This document shows positions 12,042 through 24,760 of a stretch of 64,000 nt of DNA, piece after piece. Every line of letters starts with the position of its first letter. Position 1 is the stretch's first letter. A program made the position numbers and the translations under genes. The DNA comes from Eledone cirrhosa (taxonomy: Eukaryota): assembly GCA_964016885.1 (NCBI GenBank), contig OZ024741.1:36642001-36706000 (forward strand), given 5' to 3'. The notes beneath the pieces are model-generated. The model ran no database searches, was not told the DNA's origin, and worked only from the letters and a program-made list of their open reading frames with translations.

Positions 12042-12654
12042 ATATGTGTAAATATATATGTGTGAAAATATATGATGTGTGTGTGTAAATATATAAATAA
12101 ATATATATTGTGTAATGTATGTTAACTTGTGGATATGTGTACATATATTTATGCGCGCGTGTATATGTAAACCATTGAAAGCCATTTTATTTAGATACCA
12201 AATAAAACGTAATTTATTTAAAACAGAAAAATTATATCTATAAATATATATAAGAAAATAACACCACCAAAAACATAAATCTCTGCCAAAGGATTGATTT
12301 TCATTTCTCTTCATTATGTAGTGTATGTATTTAATGTGTAATATGATGATTTCTTACGAACGAAACGGTTCTATTCTTGTAGGAGTCATTTCTATAATAA
12401 ACCAAAGACGCCTATACTCTACTGACGTATTGAGTACTGTTTTTTAACTGTGGTCACCTCCCTGTGTACATCGGCGATTCACGACGGCAACCTCTTTTTC
12501 TGTCATTTATATCATCTATGCGCTTGAGCACATCATCCTTTATACTTATACATACACGCACTATTTGACTTTCACTTCAGTTTTATTATTATTAGTTACT
12601 TATGATATTGGTTACTTTGTCTAAGTACTTTCGTCACTCATTCTGGCTATGATG

Positions 12655-13330
12655 AAATAATTGTTTCTGATTTAGCTACAAGGCCAACAGTTTGGATTAA
12701 ATCGACACCAGAGTATTACTGGTGCTTTATTTTATCGACCCCGTAATCCCGGCGCGATATGAACTCAGAACGTAAAGGATCGTAATTCTATGTCGCAAAG
12801 CATTTTGTCCGACGCTCTACCGATACAGCTAATCCACCGCTATGATGAAATAATTGTTTCTACTTTAGGCACAAGGCCAGCAAAAACCCAGTACATTACT
12901 GGTACTTTATTTTATCGACCCCGTAAGGATGAAAGGCAAAGTTAACCTCGGCGGGATTTGAACTCAGACTGTAAAGGGACGTAACTATGCTAGAAAGCAT
13001 GGCGTCCAACCTTCTACCGATACTGCCAATTCACCGCGAAATAATTGTTTCTACTTTTGGCACAAGGCCAGCAATTATTCCAGTGTATTACTGGTACTTT
13101 ATTTTATCGACCCTGTAAGGATGAAAAGCAAAGTTAACCTCGGCGGGATTTGAACTCAGATCGTAAAGGGACGTAACTACGCTGGAAAGCATGTCTGACC
13201 CTCTACCAATACTGCCAATTCACCGCGAAATAATTGTTTCTATGTTAGGCACAAGACCAGCAACCACCAGTGTATTACTGGTACTTTATTTTATCGACCC
13301 CGTAAGGATGAAAGGCAAAGTTAACCTCGA
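12655..13330 (-). mobile_element. Head-to-tail array of four Deu/Nin-like SINE units (~190 bp; last one truncated)
   Basis: GAAATAATTGTTTCT...CAAGGCCA...TACTGGT.CTTTATTTTATCGACCC restarts at ~12655, ~12847, ~13038, ~13227. Confidence 0.85.
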
Positions 13331-14896
13331 AATAATGTTCTCTGACCACAAAACGAGTTTCTGTAAATTTCTTGAAAGCTACTGTTGCCTTTATCTTCAT
13401 TTGACTAATTAAAAATGTCTTTTAGTTTGTATTTGTGTGTTCACGTTGTTCTTGTTTAGGTTCAATTCTTCTGCGTGGTATCTTGGGCAAGTGTTATTTA
13501 CCAGAGCCTCGGGTCGACACAGGCGCTGTCGCCCGTTACTTAGAGGGAAGATAGCCAAATACTGGGACTTGACCAACCGCTTCCTTTTCGTTTTAGTCAC
13601 CGTTGAGACCTCTAGTGTCCTCGGTGCACAAACTGCCGTTTACTTCCCAAAGGTTGGGAGGAGTGCGTCCTGTCTGAGTTGAAGTGCCTTATGCAGCGAT
13701 GGTCGCTGGCTATTTTCTGAAATGTACTCTCAAAATCGGGTATAAAGACTGTCGCAGTCTCTCTCTTCTTCTCCTTACTTTCATTATATAATCTCGCGGA
13801 AATTGTTTGTCAGCCTGTCTTATGGAGTGTCCTGTAATTCAAATAGCCCAGTCTTGACACGCGCTGTCATGTTGAACCTTCCCGAGAATTACTTCATTGA
13901 TACATCTGTATGTACAATATTTAGCCACTTACTCGTTAATACAATTATTCGAGACCCGTGACTACACGTTAATTTCACGAGCAGGTTATAAATACTCATC
14001 GTCGAAATCAATGGAAGTTCATTCCTTCCTCAAGCATGACCGTGAGGACGTATAATCAAATACTATTTCATCTATGTCTCCTTCCCACACCTTTTTGTTT
14101 TACAATGAGTTTAAGCCACACTATATGCGCAACTCTTATTTAAGGTGAACGGGATAAAAAAGTAACATTTTTAGGTAGGAGTGAAAAAAGGTTTTAACCA
14201 AAATTTAATTGTATTTTTTCATCATAATTTCATAAAACATATTTGCAATGTTATTCTACTGTAAATTTATACAATTGTAATAAAACTATAAGAAGTATTT
14301 CATGTTGATAATGTCAGATTTTCTACAGGTACGTCAGTCATGTCGACTAGGAATTTCTTTATCCTTTTACTGGTTTCTGTCACATACAGTCATGTCGGGG
14401 TACGCAAAAATGATTTCATCAATCATGTCGGCTCCACTATTTTTTCAAATCTAGTAGTACGTATTTATTGATCTGTGTTTATTGAACCGCTAAGTTACGG
14501 GACATAAACAAACATACATACACGACAGGCTCCTGCAATTTTTTGTCTACCAAAACGCGTTGCAAGATTAAATCCAGTACCATGTGCAAAGCGAACTCCT
14601 TAACCACACAGCTGTGACAAAACAACAAATCTAAATACCGATACAAAAATGTATCGCTGCAAAATGTCATTAAAAATTATGCATTAAGAAAGTTATGAGG
14701 AAATTAACTTGGCAGGGGGTGATAACTAAAACCTCAGGTCAGCATTGACGGAGCAGCAGGCCTATGATTAAAAACGTTCCAGATATGACCAACTTATCTG
14801 TTTCGTTTATCTAAGAATATATAGTCCTATATGTTCTTTGTTTCTCTTTATTTTAAGGTTGAGATTCATCATCATTTAACGTCATCATCATTTAAC

Positions 14897-15085
14897 AGGC
14901 GGTGAATTGGCAGTATCGGTAGAAGGTCGGACGCCATGATTTGACGCATAGAGTTACGGCCCTTGCTATTCTGAGTTCAAATCCCGCCGAGGTTAACTTT
15001 GCCTTTCATCCTTACGGGGTCGATAAAATAAAGTACCAGTAATACACTGGGTAATTTCTGGCCTTGTGCCAAAAGTAGAAACAAT
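14897..15085 (+). mobile_element. Full-length tRNA-derived SINE with Deu/Nin-like domain, sitting in the tail of an RTE-tailed element (to ~15260, minus)
   Basis: GGCGGTGAATTGGCAGTATCGG (A box), GAGTTCAAATCCCG (B box), GCCTTTCATCCTTACGGGGTCGATAAAATAAAGTACCAG, end AGTAGAAACAAT; flanked by repeated TCATCATTTAAC. Confidence 0.85.
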
Positions 15086-16864
15086 CATCATTTAACGTCT
15101 ATTTTCCACGCTAGCATGGGTTAGACGGATTTTGTCCCATTAGAGGCAAGTTGGGTCGGGTGACCGTGTCTTGCTCATATAGGACTGTTTCTGGTGTTTC
15201 TGGCTAGATTTTTACGGCTGGATGCCCTTCCTAACACAAACCTCACAGCGAGATTTGGTTGTTATTTCTAGTTATTCTAGTGACCACTCATTGTCTTATT
15301 CATTGGTGCATGTAAACCACCAGTGCACATGTAATGTTTTTTTTTAGGTTTTATTTACATAAATGTATTGACTACTAGAAGTTTATTTCCTTCTTATGAC
15401 CTGAACTCTTTCAAGTCTAATGTATTCCTTCCTTTTGTTTTAATTTCTCCTTCTTTACAGTCCCTTACACCAAGTGGCTTCATGCCTTGTTTCAGACTTC
15501 TTAATTAAAAAAAAAAAAAAATTTACAATTCGTCAGTGTTTGCATATAAAAACAATAGAAAAGAGAGATAACAAATTAACTAGGTAAAAGGAGGAGTAAG
15601 TGGCAGCCTCTACATCCCAGTCTAGGTGGTATATCTCAACTGTGCCCTGCAGATGAAATGTTGGAGGCATTGCTGCAGAGAACAGCTAGCCATACCTGCT
15701 GCATCATCCACTCTACCTCATGGGGCACTTTCCTCAGGCAGGATACACTCTTCTCAATTTTGCGTAGGAAAAATGGCAGTTCTGAGACTAAGGAGACCAG
15801 AGATCTGAACAGCGACTGGCATGTAAAGGAAGCATTCGGTTAAGTACTAATATTTAGCTGACTTCCTCACCATGTTATGGGTGGTGGTACCTGGGTTTGT
15901 GGCTAAAACTGGCCAGGTTTGTTTCATAATGTATACAACCAGCTTAACCCATGTAAGCATGGAAAAATAAGACATTAAATGGTGATATGATAATTGTTTC
16001 TACATTTGGCACAAGGCCAGCAATTACCCAGTGTATTACTGGTACTTTATTTTATCGACCTCATAAGGATGAAAGGCAAAGTTAACCTCGACGGGATTTG
16101 AACTCGTAATGATATATATATATAGATATATGAGTGTGGCTCAGTTTGGATGTTTGGCTCAAGATTATGGTTGTGAGTTAGATTTTTTGCACTTTATTTC
16201 ATGTTGTGTCTATGCAGTCAGCTGGGGAAAAAAATGAGTTGTACCTGTAATTCTCACTGTGTCACACTGAACTGAGAATAAACACATTGTATGTGTGTTT
16301 GTGAGTGGCACATGTGAAACGAATCTGATAAATCAGGCATATTTTTTCTTCAAAGGCAATCCCCTTGATCTCAGAGAACCTACTAAGGCTATTGATACAA
16401 TCCCTTCAGACCAAGCCAAGCTATGGTTTAGTCCAGGCTCCATTGCTGGACAGACTGAAGATTAGAAGCTGACAAATTACAAGTCACTTTTCTTTATTGT
16501 TGAACCCATAGTGGTAGAAACATCTTGTGTCCTGGATCCCCAAACCATCTCTCTACTTACTGCTATTAGGATGGAGACAGCCATTCACAAGAATGAGCTC
16601 TATGAGATGTTACTAGCTCTTTCAACACATCTCCTTTGCTATCCTTTGAGATAATGCTGTCATAATTCCGTCTGTCTCAACCATGAGCCAACAACCATTT
16701 GGTGGCATACACATACATGGATGTTCACCGCTGTGTATATAAGTTGGTTTCGATGTCGAGTGTTCCAGTTGTTTGATCAACAGAACAGCCTGCTCATGGA
16801 ATTAACATAGAAGTGGCTGAGCATTCTATAAACACATGTACCCTTAATGTAATTCAGCATGATA

Positions 16865-18720
16865 CATCATCATCATCATCATCGTTTAACGTCCATCTTC
16901 CACGCTTGCATGGGTTTGGACGAGAGTTTTCCCACTTGAAGCAAGATTTGTTGTCCTGCTCGTATAGGACTGTCTGGCGGGTTTTCTACGGCTGGATGCC
17001 CTTCCTAACACCAACCACGTTTACAGTGTGGACTGGGAGGTTTTTACCGTGTTACCTACACGGCCACATTACAGCGTGGACTGTGTGTTTTTTTGTCGTG
17101 ACACCTACACGACCTCATTTGTTTCGGACTGGATGTTGTGGTACCAACATAACTTCACATTTAAGGGGGTGGTGTGGATAGGGTGGGGTAGTGGGACGGG
17201 GGTGTATTTTGTTAGAGGTGCCTACTGACTGTAGGTTTCGCTTTGTACTTAGGTAAGGCGGGTCTTCTGTATAACTGTGTAGCGCCAAAGATCTCGGTCC
17301 AATGACATTGTCTTGGAGAGGTGTAAGTGTGCGAGGTCGGAATTTATCAAGTCGTCCCAGGTTTTTCTGGGTCTGCCTACTCCGTGGCTACCGTCTATTT
17401 TGATTGCCCTGCACTTTTTTATACAGCAGTCGTCTTTCATGCGCATCACGTGACCGTACCAACGTAATCTTCTCTTGAGTAAACAACATCTGATCCCTCT
17501 TATTCCTAATTTCTCCCTTAGTTCGTTTATGCTTTGCCGTTCACGTATATTACTATTACACATCCAGTGGAGCATGCAAGCTTTGTTTCTCTCCAGTCTG
17601 CGTAGATCCTCTGCACACAATGCCCAGGTCTCACTGCCATGTAACATTGCTGTTCGTATGCAGGCATCATACAGCCTGCTTTTCATTTTTAGAGAGAACC
17701 CTTTAGTGGCCAATAGTGGTATAAGCTCTCTGAACTTTTTCCATCCCGTTCTGACTCTAGCTACTGTACTTTCAGAGCACCCTCCCCCACTGCTGATTTT
17801 GTCACCCAGGTAACGGAAGCTGTCCACTATTTCTATAGAACCATCTGTGCAATGGAATGAGCTAGTATTCTGTGGGCACTTGCTGCTACTTATTGCACCA
17901 GAGCACTGGCCACATATAAAATCTATATTCTTAGTTAGCTTACCTGTGATCCCACTACATCTTTTATGCACCCATACTCTGCATTTGGGACATAAAATGG
18001 AGTTTCTGCCTACTCCTTTCCTACACACTGAGCATGGCCATTTCCCAGATGGGACCGGTGTCCTATTTTCCTTCCTACAAACTAGAACTTTAGTCTTAGA
18101 CAAGTTAACTTTAAGGCCTTTTGATTGTAGGCCATGCTTCCATGTTTGTAATTTCTTCTCTAATTCAGCCATTGATTCAGCTATAGCGTTAGATCATCTG
18201 CATATAGGAGTTCCCATGGGCAGCCGGTCTTGAACTCCTCTGTTATAGCCTGAAGGGCAATAATAAATAGTAGGGGGCTAAGGACAGAGCGCTGATGAAC
18301 ACCAACTTTTACGCTAAACTCTTCACTATATTCGTTGTTAATTCTAGCCTTGCTGACTGTTTCTTTATACATGGCTTGTATAGCTCTCACAAGCCATTCA
18401 TCAACACCTAGTTTTCTAAGGGCCCACCAGATAATCGAGCGGGGTACTCTGTCAAAGGCTTTCTCCAAGTCAACAAAAGCTAAGTATAGGGGTTTACTTT
18501 TAGCTAGGTACTTCTCCTGTAGTTGTCGTACAATGAAAAGAGCGTCTGTTGTACTTTTACCTGACACAAATCCGAACTGCATTTCATCTAGATCAATTCG
18601 CTCTCTGATTAGTTGCGTCATTACTTTTTCTGTGACCTTCATGACCTGGTCAATTAATTTAATGCCTCTATAGTTTCCCCTATCTAGGGCGTCTCCTTTA
18701 CCCTTGTAGCAGTTAATGAT
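16865..18720 (-). mobile_element. 5'-truncated RTE-clade LINE with 3' UTR and (GAT)n tail, inserted into a SINE
   Basis: RT ORFs below, ~380-nt 3' UTR and (GAT)n tail at 16865-16883; both flanks resemble parts of one SINE family (relatives at 13830-14010 and 21850-22080). Confidence 0.92.
17249..18715 (-). pseudogene. Non-LTR reverse transcriptase, frameshifted just after YADD, with internal PHD finger
   Basis: QFGF, AFVDLEKAFDRV, GVHQRSVLSPLLF, LLYADD (18181..18642), then KTKVL, Cys4-His-Cys3 insert, FRYLG, LHGSETW, RRLRWYGHVMRM, GRPRKTW (17249..18172). Confidence 0.93.
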
Positions 18721-19440
18721 GAAGTGTGTGGCAAGGCTTCATTACAAGCATAGTCCATTTGATGGGCTTACATATCAGTTTCCTTTTACCTGATTTCACT
18801 CCCAAATCTTAGGTTAACCTGAGGCTGTGATAAATGATATTTGCCTAAGACTGCAAGCAGTGGGATCAAACCTGGGACCTTATCATTGCAAAGCAGACTT
18901 CTCAAAAGTGTCCACATCTAAGTCTATAAAATAATGATGACGCATTTACATACATTCTTTCAATTGTTGGCAAGCTGAAACTGTAAGACTTTAAAAAAGT
19001 GTTATATTTATGTCTGCTGGTGTAACAGTTATTACTTAAATGTCAACAAAACAGCTTTTGTCATGATATTATTTGAAAGTCTGCTTCTTACTCAGTTGTT
19101 TAGGGAAGCGTTTAAAATAAATTACCTCTTTTTTTTTTTTTTTTAAGGAATAAGGTTAATTTTTTGTGTGAGGAAATGTATAGAAATACAGAGAGAGAAA
19201 ACTCCTGTGTTTTACTGATTCCAAAATGATGAAAGACAAACATGACCTTATCTAGATTCCAGTGTGAATAGAAGTAAATGCTGTGAAGCATTTAGTTAAC
19301 ATGCTGTTCTACATTCTTTCTTAGAAACATATATAAATAAAAGTTTCTTCCATTGGTACAAATCTTTCAGTGGTTAGAGCTTGCAAAGTGGTTGGACCTT
19401 GAACAGTGGGGAGTGATCAACTGACATTATATGGTAGAGA

Positions 19441-19627
19441 GGGCGGTGGATTGGCAGTATCGGTAGAGGGTCGGACACTATGCAACAAAGAGTTACGGCC
19501 CTTTATGGTTTGAGTTCAAATCCCGCCGAGGTTAACTTTGCCTTTCATCCTTATGGGGTCAATCAAATAAAGTACCAGTAATACACTGGGATAATTGCTG
19601 GCCTTGTGCCAAAAGTAGAAACAATTA
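19441..19627 (+). mobile_element. Deu/Nin-like SINE, full length
   Basis: Same family as 14897-15085; flanked by direct repeat ATTATATGGTAGAGAGG (likely TSD). Confidence 0.85.
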
Positions 19628-20574
19628 TATGGTAGAGAGGACTCTTCCGTTTTGTTGAGGACACGACAGCCTCTATTGTTGGTGCCACAGTAAAATGCAT
19701 CCTGTACACTCTGTAAAATGGTTGATGTTAAGAAACTATGCCAAAATATGGAATCTCTGGGTAAAATGTGGTTCGTCGACCGATCTAAACTCAGACCTTG
19801 AGGAACCATTCAATCCATGCCAGCATGGAAAATGGATGTAAAATGATGATGATGATGAATATAATCAACAAATGAAATAACATTTTATGGTTTCTAATTT
19901 AAACACAAGGCCAGCAATTTGTAGGAGGGGGAAAGTGTATTATATCAACTCTAGTATTTTTATTTCATTGACCCCAGAAGGATAAAATGAAACATTGATC
20001 TTGGTGAGATTTGAACTCAAAACAAATATTACACAGCATTTGGCCAATCACAGCATTTAATACAAATGTTTCCTGATCCCATCAAACAACATGGTGAAAA
20101 TTATTCTGAAGGATGATGGAGGAGATACACTGAAACACAGTCCACCACGAGGGGCTCTTTCTCATAGATGACTTCCTCTGTCCTATTAGGATTGTACCTG
20201 AAACCTCATGGTTGCAAAGCAAACTATTTAGCTACTCAGCCATGCTTGTGTCTGTCATACTTAGTAATGGCTCACATTCTGAATATAGCGAGTTGGCGAA
20301 CACTAACCAACTATGACTATCCCTGTAATTTCAAGACTGAATCTCCTTTGCTTTCACCAAGTTGGCTTACAGATAAGTTCCACTCCCACTGTATTGCCTA
20401 AAGTTCTTCCAAAATATTTGTGTTGGTTTAGCTAGCCTCCCATGAAATTGCATCTTATAGGAGGTCCCTTGGATGTTTTAATGATGGGAGCTCAGTTCTA
20501 TCCTGTTGTTTAGCCAAGATAAACTTTACATTTCATCCTTTCAAGATCAATAACAGATGTACCAGTCCACTACT

Positions 20575-20862
20575 GTGGAGGTGTGTGGTTTAGTGGTAAA
20601 GATGTTCGACTTACAATCATAATGTTGTGGGTTTGATATTGTCGACTGGGTTGTGTGTTGTGTTCTTGAGCAAAAACACTTAATTTTACATTGCTCCAGT
20701 ATACTTGGCTGAAAATGAGTACCACCAGCAATAGCTTGTGGTTTAACCCTGTGATGGACAGACACCCTGTCCAGTGGGGAGCCTTGTATCCTCAGGCTCT
20801 TCACTCTGTGGAACCCGAGATAAGCACTGGCCTGACAAGCCTCTGGGTTCGTAACTGACTTT
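20575..20862 (+). mobile_element. tRNA-derived SINE with V-domain-like body
   Basis: TGGTTTAGTGG A box; GTTCTTGAGCAAAAACACTTAA; AACCCTGTGATGGACAGACACCCTGTCCAG resembles the V-SINE conserved domain; relatives at 26520-26655, 28800-29285, 37490-37610 (minus). Confidence 0.6.
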
Positions 20863-21029
20863 AGATAGTCTACTACTGGTGATGATTCTTCCTCTATATC
20901 TCTCATTTCTTCTCTTTCGTTATTTCCTTCTCTAGAAGAAATTTGCTATGTTCAGACCTGGAGTGGAGATGGACCCTTCTAGGTATAAAGTGCCCAAAAA
21001 AGACAGCACCCCTACAATTTCATCAGGAG

Positions 21030-21241
21030 TTAACCTTTTAGCATTTAAACCGACCATATCCGGCCAGAATTCTTTCACCTCTTTCTGTTCAAACTGGCTG
21101 TAACTAGCCACTCATGCTGATGTTGAGGTATTGTTCCCAAAATAAATAATACCAAAATCTCGTAGATTCAATATTATGCGAGATAAAGTCTTTATCATTA
21201 AAATATAATAGTATATATAGAGTAATGTAAATGGTTAAAGG
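21030..21241. mobile_element. ~210-bp piggyBac-type MITE (family A)
   Basis: Starts TTAA-CCTTTTAGCATTTA; same family as 27715-27942, 38555-38767, 49399-49616. Confidence 0.7.
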
Positions 21242-21284
21242 TCCATACATAGATATAAATGCAGGGCGATCAAAATTGATGGTA

Positions 21285-21796
21285 GTTACGGAGTAGATAG
21301 ACCCAGAAAAACCTGGGATGATCTGATAAATTCCGACCTCACACACTTACATCTCTCTAAGACAATGTCTCTGGACCGAGACCTTTGGCGCTACGCAGTA
21401 ATACAGAAGACCCGCCTTGCCTATGTACAAAGCGAAACCTACAGTCAGTAGGCACCTCTTAACCAAATATACACCCCAATCTACTACCCCTACCCTATCC
21501 TCCCACTCCCACTAACAGCATGAGAAAACGAGATCGAGTTTGTGTAGGTGTCACGACAAAAAAAAACAAACAGTCCACGCTGTAATGTGGCCGTGTAGGT
21601 AACACGGTAAAAAGTTCCCAGTTCCACACTGTAAATGTGGTTGGTGTTAGGAAGGGCATCCAGCCGTAGAAAACCTGCCAGATAGTCCCATACGAGCGAG
21701 ACACGGTCACCTGACCAGCCTTGCCTCAAGCGGGACAACTCCCGTCTAACCCATGCTAGCGTGGAAAACGGACTTTAAACGATGATGATGATGATG
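21285..21796 (+). mobile_element. RTE 3' fragment (ORF end, 3' UTR, (GAT)n)
   Basis: Reverse-complement match to 16865-17400. Confidence 0.9.
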
Positions 21797-22461
21797 GCAG
21801 GTGACATAGTGATTATCATGTTTAGCAGTTCATTAGGTTTATCCATATAAAGGCATGTGTCTTATAGTCATGCGATCAATTCCTGGTAGTGCACTGTCCT
21901 TCAGCAAGACACTTTATTTCAAGTTACTCTAGTCCACTGAGTTGTACCTGTAATTCAAAGGGCCAGCCTTGTCATGCATTGTGTCATGTTGAATATCTCC
22001 CTGAGAACTATATTACATATTTTTATAAAATTCTCAATCACTTGTACATCAATTTTACAAGCAGGTTGTTCCATTGAACCAATGGAGAGACATAAAGTTA
22101 CATATAGATATAATGCTCTTGTTTCATTGAAATGTGAGTCTTGTTATTTTCATGAATTCACAAGTTGTCCTAGATAGACCTACATAACACACACACGCTA
22201 TTTATGTTTATAAGAATCTGAACTGTATTGAAATAATGTAGAAATTACCTACATAACCATCTTCCTATCAAATATAAGACATTTGAAAAGCAAACCACAA
22301 AAACAGATATTTATCTATTCATAGTCACATACACACACATATATATAATAAAAGACAGATAAGTTTCAAAAAGCCAGTACAATTTAGTAGAAAAACACAA
22401 AGGGCAAATGATAAATAAAACAAGACAAAGTAATGTTTTGCCCATGATATTTCAGGGTGAA

Positions 22462-22640
22462 TACCCTCTTTTCAAATGTGGAGTTGAATAGTTCAAAACA
22501 AAATGAATGATCGATGTGATCTTCCTTAACTGATCTATTTCATGCATACATATTTCAAATACATGGGCTAGTTAAGGAAGAACACATTGATTATTCATTT
22601 TGTTTTAAACTATTTCAGTTCCACATTTTGAAAGAGGGTA
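22462..22640. repeat. Imperfect inverted repeat, ~70-bp arms
   Basis: TACCCTCTTTTCAAATGTGGAGTTGAATAG...TTCCTTAACT is mirrored by AGTTAAGGAAG...TTCCACATTTTGAAAGAGGGTA. Confidence 0.85.
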
Positions 22641-23115
22641 CAGTACATGCTGTAAAGTGGTTGGTGATAGGAAGAGCATCCAGCCATAGAAATCTTGCCA
22701 AACAATTGTATCAAAAGCATGACAACCTCTTGGTGCAACATGAGACCATACATAAGTGAGACAGAGATCAGTGGCTTTGCTTCAGTACTGACTTGGTCTG
22801 TATGGACCTGCCCAACCCTTGCTAGCTGGGAAAGCGGATGTTAAAACAAAGATGATGATGATAATATATATATATATATATAGGTTTAATATGCTGAAAG
22901 ATCAAGATCATAGAAAATTGCCAGGAAGATATAAAGCTCAATGTCTATGTATGCAAATATAAAGAACAAATTCATCCGAGGGTAAAACATTCTAAAGCTG
23001 TATGAATGTAAAACCACAGAGCATGAATAATAACACAACCAAGAGTTTAGGAAGAATTATATTTTATTTGTTTTACATACATTTCACCATATGTAAAAAA
23101 TAATTATAGATATAG

Positions 23116-23116
<1 letters not shown>

Positions 23117-23160
<44 letters not shown>

Positions 23161-24240
23161 GTTTTACGTCCATCATCCATGTTAGCATGGGTAAGACGGG
23201 CTGTGCCTTTGTGAGGGATCAGGTGTGTGTGTGTGGGCGTGATTCGCTCACACAGAACCGATTTTGGTTTGGTTTCTACGGCTGGATGCCCTTCTTAACA
23301 CCAACTACATTTACAGTATGTGCAGGGTGCTTTTTGCCGTGTTGCCTACACAACCACTTTACAGTGTGGACTGGGTGCTTGCTTTTGTCATGATACCCAC
23401 ATGACCACTACAATATGGGATGGGCTCTTTTGTCATGGCTCCAGGGGGGATCACTTTATAGAGGAGGTTGAGAACATGGGATGATGAAAAATATATATGT
23501 TGGCTGAATGTTCTTTGTGAGAGTCAGGATCCTAAGATCATCTCTTACCACTTCAGCCAATATTTTCCTTGGTTGTCCTCATCTGCAGCTATCTTCCACT
23601 TGTAACTTCTGACAATTCTTTACCCAACTATCATCATCATCATTTAATGTCCATTTTCCACGCTAGCATTGGTTAGACGGTTTCCCCGTTGTGAGACATG
23701 ACTTGCTCTTATAAGACTGGTTTTGGCTTGGTTTCTATGGGTGGATGCCTTTCCTAACACCAATCACATTTACAGTGGGGGCTGGATGCTTTTTGTCGTG
23801 ACACCTACATGACCACTTTACAGTGTGGGATGGGTGCTTTTTGTCATGACACCTACATAACCACTTTATAGTGTGGGCTGGGTGCTTTTTTTACATCTAT
23901 ATGATTCACATCTCAACACAAGTACACAACACACTGTATCTGATTCCTCTTATGCCTAGTTTTTCTTTCAATTTATCTGTGCTCTGTTTTTCATGTGCAT
24001 TACACATTCAGCAAACTGTGCTAGCCTCATTTATAATCTTTGTATATTTCTGTATTCAATACCCATAACCCTCTACCATGCAACATTGCATCTTCTATTC
24101 AAGCCTCATATAATCAGTGTTTGTTGCCAACTGAAGTAGTAGCTCCTCGAACATTTTACATTCTGTTCTTATTCTGACTACTTTACTTTTGAAGTCCTTT
24201 CCTCTCTTACTAATTAGGTCACCTATGTAACAGATGTCTA
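23117..24240 (-). mobile_element. Cluster of RTE 3' UTR-derived copies and old RTE fragments; UTR sub-repeat present in 3 tandem copies at ~23300-23440 and ~23760-23890
   Basis: (CAT)n tails at 23117 and 23630; CCACTTTACAGTGTGG...GGGTGCTTTTTGTC.TGACACCTACAT repeated. Confidence 0.75.
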
Positions 24241-24586
24241 TCTGTACATAGATATAGACAATTTCTCTTACATGCTATCATTCAGGCAAGATGTCACCTG
24301 AGCAATCACACCCAATACTGACTATACAATAATGGCTAAGGAGAACACTCCATTTCCTTTTGAAAAAGAAGTCCTGACTTTAATACATCTTGAAATTATC
24401 ATCATCATCATCATTTATCATCTATCTTCCACGCTAGCATGGGATAGGTAAATTGTAAACTGTTTCATTTTTTTTACTTTACTCTAGTTTTCACTCTTGT
24501 ATTTCTAATTTACATGGTACCAGCTTCCCATCCCTATATATATATGTATGTATGTATGTATTATATATATATATATAACGAAGGAG

Positions 24587-24760
24587 TTGTGTAAGGAACC
24601 AGATGGACCATAATGCACCAGAGTACTCAATACTTAGGGTAGTAGAGTGGGTAATAGGAAAATGTATGACCCCAACGGCAGAGCTCAAGCCATTTCGACG
24701 ACTATTTCTGGACATCGAAATGGCTTGAGCTCTGCCGTCGGGGGTCATACATTTTCCTAT
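24587..24760. repeat. Fold-back element; ~45-bp near-perfect inverted arms (24655-24760)
   Basis: ATAGGAAAATGTATGACCCCAACGGCAGAGCTCAAGCCATTTCGA ... TCGAAATGGCTTGAGCTCTGCCGTCGGGGGTCATACATTTTCCTAT. Confidence 0.85.

Noticed and set aside
14897-14990. tRNA gene-like A and B boxes
   Set aside because: SINE head; no cloverleaf, and it continues into the SINE body.
17475-18673. Plus-strand ORFs of 112-128 aa
   Set aside because: Antisense shadows of the RTE RT ORF.
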